This document shows, piece after piece, positions 1 to 11,289 of a stretch of 64,000 nt of DNA. This DNA is from Raillietiella orientalis (Eukaryota): assembly GCA_036172245.1 (NCBI GenBank), contig JAYWIR010000034.1, positions 2,046,001 to 2,110,000 on the forward strand. The letters are read 5' to 3'. Numbering within the stretch: the stretch's first letter is position 1; the number at the start of each line of letters is the position of its first letter. Under the pieces are notes generated by a model, which did not search any database, was not told the origin of the DNA, and was given only the letters and a program-made list of their open reading frames with translations. The translations under genes and the position numbers were made by a program.

Positions 1-1018
1 CCGATTGACATCCGGTTTCTGGAAGGGATAGAAGGAAAAAAATTTTTTTTCTTCTTTCAAAGTGATTCGAAGTGGTGCCGTGGGCACACCAGCACTCTGT
101 TCCCCTTGCTGAAACAAGAGAAAAGAGAGAGAGCCAAAGACAAGCATTTCCTCTTTTATGTAGGGTCTGCTGCTACTTAGTACGCTCTCTCTTGCTTGTG
201 ATTCTCTATGCTTTCGTCCCCTGCTCCTCAGGTGGTAACCTTTGCCTTCTCTGGGGGAATTGGCGAGGCACTCGAAGAATTCCAATCTCTCTGTCCGCCA
301 TCTGTGGATGTTGGTGCTCTGAAAATAGAACTCCAAGTAAAAATCCCCGCAAAAGGGAATCCCCACCTGATACGTTCGAAGCAGACCACTAGACCTTCAA
401 AGCCTCGGTGGCACGGGGCCTTCGTTGCACCGAAGTTTCCTGGCCTGAACAAATTTCCTCCTTCTACCTTGGAACGAATGCACCCTCAAATTTCGGCTTG
501 TTGGCATCCAGGCTCTTTCTCTGACACTACCAAGTGATCTGGATCGTCAAAAATGGCAAATGTATAGCTGGACTGTCCACGGGCAGTTTTGCGTTCAGAT
601 TTTTGCGAACTTCACAGAAACAGAAAGCTCGGCTATGGATACAGTGGACACGTGTGATAAGAGCACTCCATCAGCCGCAAACCATAACGGTGTTTTCCCT
701 GCCTAATGGTCGATCGTACCCTGTCGAACGGTTTCAATCACGTGCGAACTTTGCATAACGGGAAGGCATCGACTACAATCCTTATTCAGGGGGAGGTAAA
801 AAAATTTTAAAAAAAAAAAACTTCTAGATGCAGCCACTTGCATCTACAACCTGCTCGACATCCGAAAAGAAATGATGGTGATGGTAGGAAAGGAGATTTT
901 GGAACCATTCATCTTCTGGCTTTTCTGGAGTGTGGATCCACCGCTACTGGGCTCTTCTCGGAGATCGCAGTGATTTTGAACCCCGTTTTCTAGGACCTTG
1001 TGCTGTTCCGCCTCCGCC

Positions 1019-1713
1019 TCTCCCTTCCGACGGAGCCGTGCAGCGCGCAGTTGCTTCCCTGCTGGTCTTATCCTCGCCGAGGAATACAATCCTCTGATAG
1101 AAATTTCTTCTTCGGAGGGAACCTGCAAGGGAATCGCTCCCAGTTTCCTCATCCTCTGAAGAGAACCCCCCGAAAGGACACTTCCGAAATTCAGAAGAGC
1201 GCTGCTTCTCCGAAGGGCGCGTCGCTCTTCTTTGCACTCTCTGGAGAGGTGGCTACACACCTACTCCATCAGCACGACCCAGGGGGTTCCCTACACTTGG
1301 GGGTTCCTTTGCACAACCGTAAGGGAAATTCCCCACTCCTTGATTCCTGGGAGGATTCGGAGGTCGCCGCCTAATGTCCGGGCCATCATCGGGGACATCC
1401 GGTTTGAACTGCTACCAGTGCCGTACCCGAATGAATGTAGACCAACCAGCGTCATCTTGCAGGAGGAATTCGGACCCACGACACACCCATTTTCCCCGGC
1501 GTCGATTCTTTCCGGGTGGGATTCGAACCCGCGACGCTTCGTGCCACGCGCGGAGACCGTAACCACATGGCCTCTGACTCGGTTCGAGTTCTTGGACCGT
1601 TCCGCCTCTTCCGGAGGAAGCCTTCGAACATTGCGGAGCGTCCCCGGCTGGGGGCACGGGAAGGATTTTCTCCCTTCCGACGGCTCCGGCATGCAGCGCG
1701 CAGTTGCTTCCCT
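1019..1713. repeat. Imperfect ~43-nt direct repeats (1019-1060 and 1669-1713) bracketing the SINE-like element
   Basis: tctcccttccgacggagccgtgcagcgcgcagttgcttccct vs tctcccttccgacggctccggcatgcagcgcgcagttgcttccct. Confidence 0.85.
1204..1580 (-). mobile_element. tRNA-derived SINE-like element, copy 1 (tRNA-His-like head at ~1508-1580 plus ~300-nt body)
   Basis: Minus strand reads GAGTCAGAGGCCATGTGGTTACGGTCTCCGCGCGTGGCACGAAGCGTCGCGGGTTCGAATCCCAC. It has a Pol III A box (GTGGTTA), a B box (GGTTCGAATCC, 1519-1529) and GTG in the anticodon position, but no proper acceptor stem. Head and body are collinear with a second copy at 59014-59382. Confidence 0.75.
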
Positions 1714-1844
1714 TTTTCCCAAGTCCCACACGGGGTGGGGTAAATTTATTTTCTTTTAAATCTCATTCATTCTACAATCACATTCATACAACATACCAAC
1801 ACTTTATCACTTTGAAGTCCTTGGGGGTATCACAAGTTCTGCTT

Positions 1845-4800
1845 TCAGGGTGGGTTTCTTGATGTTTGGTCCCGGGTGTCGTCTTCAATCCTCTTCAGGA
1901 TGAATCGGTACGTCCAGGCATGGAGTTGTCCACAGTTCCTGATACCGATTTCCTTCCTGATGAGTCCTTGCAGGATCTCCATCGGGGATGCGGCTCTTCT
2001 GGCTTTCCTCATCTTCCACCACCGCACAAGTATGGCGGTGATGAAGAGAGCATCGTCGGTCGTCCTCACCATGGGATTGTAATAGGGAACATTACCATCT
2101 CCCTGGAACATCCCAGAGAGGATTTCCATTACGGACTTGTTGTTGAGTCCTATAATCCTTTTCAGGATCAACCAGTCGTGTAGCAATGTGGGACACGTCA
2201 AGACGTGAAGTCTCGTATCGATGTCTCCACATGCCGTGCAGTCTTCATCTTCCCGTCTTCGCGTGAAGTGCTTGAGTCTGGACCTGCTCTGGATTCCTCC
2301 ATGATAAAACATCAGGAGGTGGTCCACTCCTCCAAAGCGTCGTGCTGATCGCTAACAGGTTGATCCTGTCACTCCCGTAGCGATCGGCGGCTTCTTGGAG
2401 GGCACTAGTGTCTTGGTCCTGGTCCTTGATAATCATCTGGAGGTTCATCTTGGTTACCCTAGACCACGCGAAGTCGTTGTGGTCTATCCACACTTCGAGG
2501 GTCTTATGGGTGAACCTACCTAGCATCATCTCTATATACCAAAGTATACGAGTGTGATGTAGATATCCTCCTCGTCACCATTCCTGGATTCTTTGCAGGG
2601 TAACTCTGGGCCGCTGGTAAATCCAGCTTCTCGTGTCCGGAGGAACCGGAAGCATCCACGGGATCACCAGGATGGATTCCTCCTGCCAGAGTTCCCTGCT
2701 TCTCGGCACAATCTTGATCTTGTGCTTGCGCACCAGCCGTTGCTTTCTCCTCCAGGTTGGGTCGATCTTGATCCATTCCCCTGCTCGGCCTAGCAGCACA
2801 GTCATTGGGCCTTTCGAGTTGTTCAACAACAACGCGTAGGCTGTATGCGTCGCGTACGGCCAGTCATCCCAGTGAGTAGGATGTGTCGCGAATCCATGAT
2901 TTCCATGGAATGTGCGAGCGACTTCATCTTAGAACCGCCCTCTTCCCTGGGGCGACACAGGGGTTTTAACCTTACTCTTGGGCGATAATGCCTCCACAGT
3001 GTCTTTCTCTGCAGCTTTTCTACTTCCCTGGTGTTCTCTTTGTTCATTCTCGCGAAGGCTGCCCCGAAGAGCACCTTTGGAAGGAGTACTCCGTTCCAGA
3101 GGTTGGCCTTTCGCTTCCTGCCAAAGTCCAGTCGAGTGTACTTTGCTGCTTCCTTGGCCGTTTTCCCCAGGATTTCCGTCCACAGTAGCTTCGATGCAGA
3201 GTCGTCGCCGATGCAGACTCCCAGGTACTTTGCCGCGTCCACCGTTCGGAATCCTCTCCTTGTGAGAGCGGAGAGATCCAGGATTCCGACGGGCAAAAGC
3301 TGGCTCTTCTGGGCGTTGATCTTCAGGCCCAGTCCTTCTTCCATTAGAGTCACCACATCCAGGAACACTTGCTGATCCCTCTCTCCCCTAATGAAGGAGA
3401 GGAGATCGTCTTTGTAAGCGAGGTGGGTGAGCTTCTGGCCGTCGATTACCATACCCCGTAGTCGCCCGCTCTTCTCGATGAAAGAAGACAGCGCCTCCAT
3501 GTAGATAACGGACAGCATCGGACTTAGCGAGTCGCCCTGCCGAACTCCTCGTTCCATCCGAATGGCTGCTGTTTCTACTCCGTTGATCTTGATCCGGAAA
3601 AGTTGATTCCGGAGGATCATTTGTACGAAGTTGCTGAAGTATTCCGGAAGTCCCAACTTTTTCAGAATCTTCAGCAGCATCCCGTGATCGATGGTGTCGA
3701 AGGCTTTCTCCATGTCGGTGAACGCCAGCACCAGGTTCTCGCCGACGTATCGGCTAAGTCCCACGGTGGCCTGCGCGCACTTGACATTGTCCGACATGTG
3801 ATGTCCGGGTACCGCACATGTCTGGACAGGAGAAATCAGCCTCGACATAACCTTGCCTAAGCGGCTGGCCCAGATCTTTGCCCACCACTTGGCATCCGAG
3901 TTAAGGATTGAGATTGACCTACATTAAGCTATCCTGGATAGGCCGCCTCCTTTCGGCAACAATCTCGTCCTGCTCTTGTAGAAGGACTCCGGAAGTCGTC
4001 CTTCTTGTCGGATGCAGAGGGTCAGCTGGTGGAATAAACGCAGGTAGGCGTGCAGGTACCGCTGATAGTGACTGATGGGAACACTGTCAGGGCTTGCCTC
4101 CACATCCTTGCGTAATTCCTGAAACGCATTCTTCACCTCTTCCTTGGAAAAATCCTCCTCCAGTCTCTTCCGTTGGAGGTCGTCAATCTTCTTTTCAGGA
4201 TGGCTCAGGAAGGTCTTCTGTATCGCCTGACACAGATGTTGTTGCCGGAAGTGTCCCTTGTAATGCCTTTCGAAGGCATCCACGATGTCCTCCGACGTGT
4301 GTCGGCTGTGATCGCCGTACTGGATACGGGAAATATCTGTGGCCAGATTCTTTTTCTCCAGCACGCCGACTTCCCCTTTTACACTATGGAAGATGTACCG
4401 ACTCTCGTACTGATCGAAGTACTTTGAGAGGGAGCGATCTTTGATGTTCAGCTCCTGGTACGCTTCCTGCCTCAGTCGCTTGTTCAAATACTGCATATTG
4501 CAAAACAAATGGATCCTTGCTTCAGGCTGTCCCAGTAGCCGACTATTCGGATCTTAGTGGTCTTCAGAATCGCCTCCAGGACCTCCTGATAACAGGGATG
4601 GGTCTCGAACCAGGCGGGCATCCTGATGAGCGTCGCTCTGGTGCCTTGCCTCCGCCGAGGATTTTCCGTCCTTAGGGAAAACCGCACCAACGGATGATCC
4701 GACAACGCGGTGAGCGTGTCGCAAAAACCTTGAATGTGGTTCCCTAGTTCGGTGCTGTGAAGGACGTGGTCGATCGGCTTGTGGCTAGCTGTTTGCCACA

Positions 4801-5335
4801 GCAGCCCGAACTCGTCGGACAACTGCCGATACGCCGACCTTCCTCTGGCGTCCTGGGAATGGGTGATTTCATCCAGGATGTTGAGATCGCTAGCGACGAT
4901 CACGACGTCCTTGGGCGCGACCTTTTCTCGGAGTGCTGCATGCAGCGCCTCCGCACACCGATGTTTTAATCTGTGTGGCCCTTACACCCTCACCAGGAAG
5001 AGGTGAACGGTAGTGGACCACGCCAGTTGCACGCCGATGATGCGTCCCGGCGAGGGACAGAAGAATTCCAGAATGGTGGGGGCCAGGTGGTTCTTGATCA
5101 AGACCGCCACACCTTCCGTGTTCCGCCATCCCTCGCTGACGACCAGCTGCCCATCGAGGCGTCGTTCCATATGTTGGCTGATCTGGAGATCCAGCCTGTG
5201 GGTCTCCTGCAGGCACACGATGTCTTGATGTGCGATGGTCCGCACAATCCTTTTTCTTTTCTCCTGGTCGATCAATCCATTTACATTCCAGGAGGCGATG
5301 TTGATCCTCCTGGCGGTCGATAGAGACGAGGTCAT
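1845..5335 (-). pseudogene. LINE ORF2 (APE endonuclease, reverse transcriptase, zf-RVT), fragmented by stops and frameshifts
   Basis: EN motifs: IASWNVNGL, DIVCLQETH, GVAVLI, SDLN, IDHVL, LSDH (5335-4484). RT motifs: DMEKAFDTIDH, GVRQGDSLSP, AYKDD, GLKINAQKS, KYLGV (3848-2823). C-terminal CTACGDIDTRLHVLTC (2327-1845). Confidence 0.93.
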
Positions 5336-5347
5336 AAAGGGGAAAAC

Positions 5348-6785
5348 CTATTTCTTGGCCTTCCTGAGCTTCTTCGGCCTGGGAGAGCGTGGTGCTTTCC
5401 CAGAAGAAGAAGGAGCGGGCTTCTCGCTGCCAGCGTCGCTCTCCGTCTCGGTGAAATCGGTCTGATCGGCTTCCTCGGTGGAGTGCTCGGCTCGTGCGAC
5501 GAGCTTACGAGGTAATACTTCCAACGCAACCTTGGCGCAGAAGTTTGCCCTTACGTCGAGAAGCTTTTCCTCCAGCTTCTCGCGCTCTGCAGCCTCCACC
5601 ACCTGGTTGACGGCTTCTTGAGCATTGCAGATTTTCTGCAGGAGTTGCTCCTGCTGAGCTTTTCTCTGCGCCTCCTCCACTTCTTCAGCCAGTTTCTCCA
5701 GCACTTCGGTGGTCTGCAGGGTCTCCTGCGACACCGGGGTGTGTTCTGGCACCTTCGCCACCTCGCCTTCCTCCGCAACCTCCATCCTCTCGCCTTCCTC
5801 TGCCGCTACTTCCGGGGTAAGTGGAGTTTCCTGCTCTTTGACGAGCATCTTCCTCTTCCCCTTCTTTCCTACCTCTACGAAACCGTCCGCCGAAACCGGA
5901 GCGGCCTCCTTCGCCTTCCTCTGCTTTATTACCTTCCTAGGTTTCACCACCTCGGTCAGCGCCTTCTCCCGCACGGGGGACTGGCCACGCATAGTCCGGT
6001 AGTTGGCAAACTCCGGACAGCACCACTTCGCATGCCCTGGCTGCTTGCAAAACGAGCACACCTAGGGCATGTCACAACTGCGCATCTGGTGTCCCTGCTT
6101 CCCACAGCGGAAGCAGCGAGACCTGGGGCAGGCACCCAAACGATGTCCAAAATTTTTGCAACCTGTGCAGAACACAGGTTGTCTATAGTTGATGGAGACC
6201 TCCTGTGAGTCACCGTCGATGTGCACGATCTCCGAGATCTGTACACCCTCTGCCATCTTTAGTTTGGCGATGACCTCGCCAGAAAAGATCTTCCCAGCTA
6301 CGTTCTGGAATGTCAGCTCCAGAACCTCCCCAAATTTGGACAAGAAGTCCCACACAGTGAGTTGTGTGATAGTGAGTCCCACGCCCCTCAGCAGGATGGT
6401 CGTGTACGGCATTTCGCCGATACCCCGGACCATCCTTCCCTGTATATTGATGCCCGTTTCAATTAGGGCCTCTCGCAGGGGTTCACTATCCGAATAGAAC
6501 CCCGACGTACTTGGGATTATCGCCTGAATTCTGTCAAAGTCTACATTTGTCTTGTAGAGAGACAAGTAGACTTCTCTAATGTTGTTGAACAGGATTAAGC
6601 CGGTCTTGAAGGTGATAGGCTTCACGTTCGGACCCACCCGAACGATCGGCTCGTCCACTCTAGCCAGCTTCCCACACTCCGGCTTGCCGAATTTTCTCTG
6701 TGGCTGGGCACTAGCCTGGCCCTCCTCAGGTCCTCGCCTCTACTCCGCGTTGACTTGGCAGAGCCAGTGGCGGCGGCGCCTCATC
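5348..6785 (-). pseudogene. LINE ORF1 (RRM-like region, 3 zinc knuckles, Glu/Lys-rich coiled-coil tail) with in-frame stops
   Basis: ORFs 6740-6943, 6062-6658 and 5348-6061 are one frame broken by TAG at 6742-6740 and 6064-6062. Knuckles: CTGCKNFGHRLGAC, CFRCGKQGHQMRSC, CSFCKQPGHAKWCC. This layout is typical of Tx1/L1 ORF1. Confidence 0.88.
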
Positions 6786-9700
6786 AATAGATCGCATCTG
6801 AGGGGAGCTAACTGCCGTATGAAAGCGCTTGGACAGGAAGAAAAGGAATCGTTCAAGGTTAATTTACGACGGTAACCCTTTGTTTCTAAGTTCTTGCATT
6901 GTGACGGGTGACTTTGGCTCCTTCTCTTCGGCAATTCGGCCATTTGGAAAAGACAGACGAGTGAAAGTGTCTTGATTTAAAAAAAAAAAAAAAAAAGAAA
7001 CACGTGCACAGTAAATGCGCGCAGGGTGTGTTCTCTTTCCCAGTGATGAAGCAGCAATAGGAACAGACAGAACTCGAGCGCTGTACTTGAGTGGCTGGTT
7101 GGAGTACCTGCCTATGTAGGTCTCTGAAGCATGCCGCGATCACCGCGATCGCTTTCCTCCGCCGAGATGTGGAGCACGCGTGGCGTGGGTGATCCTTGAA
7201 GGGAGTGAGAGAGGCATAAATAGGACAAAGCCTAGCGGCTCTGGAAAGTGTCAGAGCCATGAGACACAATTCGGGAAACCACAGACGAACCAGAAGTCTT
7301 GCGTGATGGATTTCCTTTGCAAAATCCGAATTTTTTTTTCCTTCGCCTTTGCCTCCCCCCTGTTCATTTAGAGCTCCAGTTCAGTCGAACAGCCCCCCCC
7401 CCCCCAAGTCAGCCAAATCGTCCTAGAAGCTTCTTTACAAAAGTGGAGTGATTTTTATTCTCTGTGGATCTTAGAGGCTTGGTTGGAACGGGACTGAAAT
7501 GGGACGTAGAAAGCTCTGCCGCCCTGACTCCAGCAAGCAGCCGGATTTGTTCGCTCCTGCATACAAAAGAAAAAGTCTCGAGGAAAAGTGCGTTTCCGTT
7601 TCTTTTATTTTTTTTTCTTTGTTTTGCATGTACCAGTATCGCTTGCATGGATCTTCAGCTTAGTCTACGGTGCTATCATCATGTCGAACCCTCTTATCTT
7701 TTGTTTATCTAATCTTCTGTTTCTGTGATAGCGTCAGCCGAGAAGATCTACTTCTTCGTGCATTAACAGTAGTTGCAACGGACGTGACTGTCCATTCATG
7801 TAAAACGTCTTGTTCGTGACAGAAATAAAACAGAACGGGAAAAAGAAAGCAAATCAGTTCGAAGGAAAAACCACGATAAAAACCACGAAGCAGACCACCT
7901 ACGGCAACGAATGGGGGATCAGGCTTTAAAGGATGGTATACAAAGTACAGAAAATTTGAAATTGAAAATGAAAATAGTGTGCATCAATGCAAAAGAAAAG
8001 GAAAGAAAGACGAAAATTCAGTACAGACTTGAATTTCAAGACCATGTTACTTGCATTTCATGATCTTATGCTTATGGGGAAGTTCTCGTGCACGTCATGG
8101 GGCCACTTTCAAGGATCTGTTAATCTCGCATATAAATTAATTTTACCAAAGAACGTATTTTCATTGGTTTGATAACACGTGAAGAGACTGCCTTTTGCTG
8201 CTCGTGCTTCATTCATGAATGCAAAGATTTTTCCACTTTTTGTTTTTAGCCTTGCTGGCTGTCAGCATTCTGAGAACCGCTTCGCGTGTTTTTCATTTTT
8301 CATTTTTTTTCAACCTTTTTTTTTTTTGGTTATTTGTCTGTTAGCCCTGGAGGAAACGACGACACGCGCACACGCTAAAGCCGCTTTCCTGCCGCCGTAG
8401 CCATGGAAATTCCTCACGACGCGAGCGGCGCCTCGTTCTGTGCCGCCGCCTGCTGGCTTCGCTTTGCCACGTGCGTCGCGGTACCGCTGCTTTCCCTCCG
8501 GATCAACGCGGGAAGGGGAAAAAAAGCCGCATCGGCAAACGTCGTGGGGAACGCCCGACGTTCCCTGGCCCGCCCGGCTCACGAGGGGTTCCGCCGAGGT
8601 GCACTCGGCCCCGCAGCGCAACTTGGCAGCATCTGCGAGAAGCATGCGTGAGAGGAGATCCCACACCTCGTCGGGCCCCTTGGGTTCGGGGCCGCGCGCA
8701 CGCTTCCGCGCACCTTGGCGACCGTTTTTGCAGTCGCCCTCGCCCTTCCTGCGCCTTTGGAGGAGGAAGCGCTGCTCGGAGCGACCGTGGCATGCCCTAC
8801 AGGAGGGGGGGAAGAACGATCGCACCCGGAGCTTCTTCGGGCGGCGACTGGGAAGCGCCCCCTGCCAGGTGGACGACCCTCCGACTTTCCATGCTTGAGA
8901 GAAGAGCAGAAAGGAAGAGGCACCATCGCGGATCGATCCGTGTCCTTCTGGCCCCCTCCTGGAGAAGAGAAGCCTGGCGACGATGGCTGCAGCTTCCCTG
9001 GCCACGGCTTTTGGAGCAAAATCTCCCGCCTGTGGCTGCCCCAGTCTTCTCGTCGAGAGTTCGGGCACCACCCCCTGCTGCTGCCCTCGGCCCCCTCATG
9101 CTCGGATGCCACCGGTCCGCGTGGTCTCGGGCACACCGGAGAATCCTCTTCCTCCCCTCTAGCTGAGACTCCCGGCGGCAGACATACCGCCCCCGATATC
9201 GCCCTCGGCGGTGCCCGGGTCGCACAGGATCCTTGGAGTGGACTTTCCGAGGGTCGCGACCTCCGCGAGTCCTCGCCAAGCTTCTCCTCGCTTGGCGAGG
9301 AGGGGTCGAGAGGAAGTTGCCCCGGATGCCCCCAAAGGTGCTCTGAGGACGGAAGGCGGGCCTGCTCAGCGGGCCAAGATCGCCTCCCGCTGAAGCGGAC
9401 TCGTCGCTCCTCCCGGTGCCCGGGGCGGACTTTCTCAGTCGCGCTGGAACCCTCGAGAACCCCAGCAGCGGTTCTGCCACTCCCGCCCACGAGGCGTCCC
9501 GCCTCCGCCTCTTCTCCCTTGCCGCAACCCCGTGGCAAGTTCCGGAAGTAACCTTGAGTTGTCAGCAGTCTGCATGGCCCTCCTCCTCGTGTATCGAACG
9601 GTCCAGGCGAAGCGCGCGCAGAACGGAGCGGAGGCTGCTCTGCTGCCGCGGGTAGGGTAACGCAGGGGTGGGTAGGGGTGAGAGGCACCTCCGCTTCCGC

Positions 9701-10551
9701 CCACAGATGGCGCCATGCTCCTAGGCCTTCCTGAAGGCCCCCCGGCTGACCTGCTAGCGAGAGAGTGCTGGCCGCGCGCATCCTTCCTCCGCGGAGGAAT
9801 GGGGCATTTCGGTCGCTGGGTGAGGTCTTCCCTGGCAACCGGGACGGTGCCTTCCAGCAGCGGTCCGCGGACGGGCCCATCGTCTGGGTCGGAGAGGGGC
9901 GCTCCCTTGGAGCCATAAGAGCGGTCTCTTTACCTCCTTGGACCACGCCCATTCGCGAGGAAGGGCAGGCAGATGGTCATTCCGTGGACCGAGGGCGTTG
10001 CTGGGCCGCATCCTGATGGAGACCCCAACCGCTCCTCCTTCTGACCGCGGTACGACCCTCCTCCCTGGTCATCTTCGACCTCGTCTCACTGCTGCCCTGG
10101 AGATGTACCAGGAAGAAGACCAAATAGCAGGGGATGGATGTCCACCTGCTCCGGGAAGAGGACGAGGAGGAGGGGGAGGAGGTTCGTCCGGCGGTTGGTC
10201 CATGCAACGAGGCGCGGCCACGGGCGGCCCGCGAGGAGTCGAGCGCCTTCCTTGCCCCGTGCTGTGGCCCCGCCCCCTCGGAGTGGAGTACCCCGCCGGA
10301 CGTACAGAGTGGACGGGGGACCTAAACCTCCCTCCCGTCCTGAGTGACCCGGCCTCCACCCCGTGAATCCCCGTGGGGAAGGGCGCGCGCCCTCTCTCCT
10401 CCTCCTCCCCGGAGGGTCACTGAGCTCCTTTTATGCAGGCGGGGAGTTTATTCTTCTCCACCCCCCGTCCTCCCTCTACCCTCGCTGCTGCCCTCCCAGG
10501 ACGGCGCCTCGGTGCTCTTCCCCTTCCCGATGCCCCGGGGGTGTCTGCGGG

Positions 10552-11289
10552 CTACTTGCTGATAAAGTCCAGGAAGCTGTTGAAGATGGGGAAGCGGCGC
10601 TTATTCCGGATGAAGCCGAAGAGGGAGAACCCTCCTCTCCCGAGGCGGAGATGCGGCTGCTGGCCGCCCCCACAGTCGGTCAGCTCGTGGCAGGAGTGGC
10701 TTCTGCCCAGAGGCGCTCCCTGGGGGCGCGGGGGCTCCTCCTGCGTCCTCCGAGGTGAGGCAGCAGCGGCGGCGGTTGCCTCGCCGGCGGGTGCGATGGC
10801 GAGTGTCGGTCCCTCCTCGGAGGCGCGGGGCGACTCCCAGCGGGCGGAGTACCGCCCGGAGGCGCCTCCTCCTCCAACGGGCGCCCCACGGGCGCCCCGG
10901 GTTCCCCGCAGCTCCCATTCGAACTCCTGCAGCTGGGCCAGGAAGGGCTCCACGACGCTGCAGCTGATGCAGCACTGCAGGGCGGAGGCGGGCACTAAGG
11001 GCCGCGGCGCCGCCCCCTTCTCCGTGTGCCGGTGCGCCGCCGCTAAGGCTGCCCTGGAGGCGCCCGGGGGCGCGCTCCTCTTGAGCTGGTTCAGGACCTG
11101 CAGGCGCTCCTCGCGCGACCTCCTCTTCGTCCACGTCTCCGGGAGGCCCTGGGGAGGCGGCGGCGCCCCCAACCTCTTCCTCCTCGTGTTCGGGGGGGGT
11201 CGCGCCCGCGTCTCCCGGGAGGCTCCTTGTCGCCTCCCGCCCGGGGGCGGCTGCGGCTGCTCGCGGGGTTTCTTCTGGAGCCTCGCCAT
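10552..11289 (-). CDS. Putative terminal (or single) coding exon of an orphan Pro/Arg/Ala-rich protein, 245 aa from ATG 11289
   Basis: Strong GC3 codon pattern in the non-repetitive parts (LQCCISCSVVEPFLAQLQEFEWEL; FPIFNSFLDFISK*). AATAAA at 10452-10447, ~100 nt after the stop. Candidate acceptor cccccgcag near 11403. No recognisable domain. Confidence 0.45.
   Translation of the reverse strand: MARLQKKPREQPQPPPGGRRQGASRETRARPPPNTRRKRLGAPPPPQGLPETWTKRRSREERLQVLNQLKRSAPPGASRAALAAAHRHTEKGAAPRPLVPASALQCCISCSVVEPFLAQLQEFEWELRGTRGARGAPVGGGGASGRYSARWESPRASEEGPTLAIAPAGEATAAAAASPRRTQEEPPRPQGAPLGRSHSCHELTDCGGGQQPHLRLGRGGFSLFGFIRNKRRFPIFNSFLDFISK

Larger units (their letters stand above)
1745..6785 (-). 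mobile_element. Decayed near-full-length non-LTR retrotransposon, L1/Tx1 clade
   Basis: ORF1 has three CCHC knuckles. ORF2 follows the order APE endonuclease, RT, CxxC-x7-HxxxC zinc finger. AATAAA lies at 1750-1745, after the ORF2 stop at 1845. The 5' boundary is approximate and no TSD or poly(A) tail was found. Confidence 0.92.

Noticed and set aside
1141..1153. CAGTTTCCTCATC match to the MIR/CORE-SINE core
   Set aside because: Only 13 nt, on the opposite strand to the SINE, and the flanks do not match CORE.
1157..1190. Hammerhead-like core CTGAAGA...CGAAA
   Set aside because: No UH cleavage site after stem III and no convincing stem I.
1508..1580. Functional tRNA-His gene (also 59310-59382)
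   Set aside because: Acceptor and anticodon stems do not pair, and homology between the copies extends ~300 nt past the tRNA part. A SINE head explains it better.
6979..6996. Poly(A) run as the tail of the Tx1/L1 LINE
   Set aside because: It lies at the 5' side and on the wrong strand, and similar homopolymers are common throughout the window.
8579..9952. 457-aa minus-strand ORF and overlapping ORFs in 8.3-10 kb
   Set aside because: Long ORFs occur in nearly all frames because of high GC. No domain, splice or poly(A) support lets me choose one.
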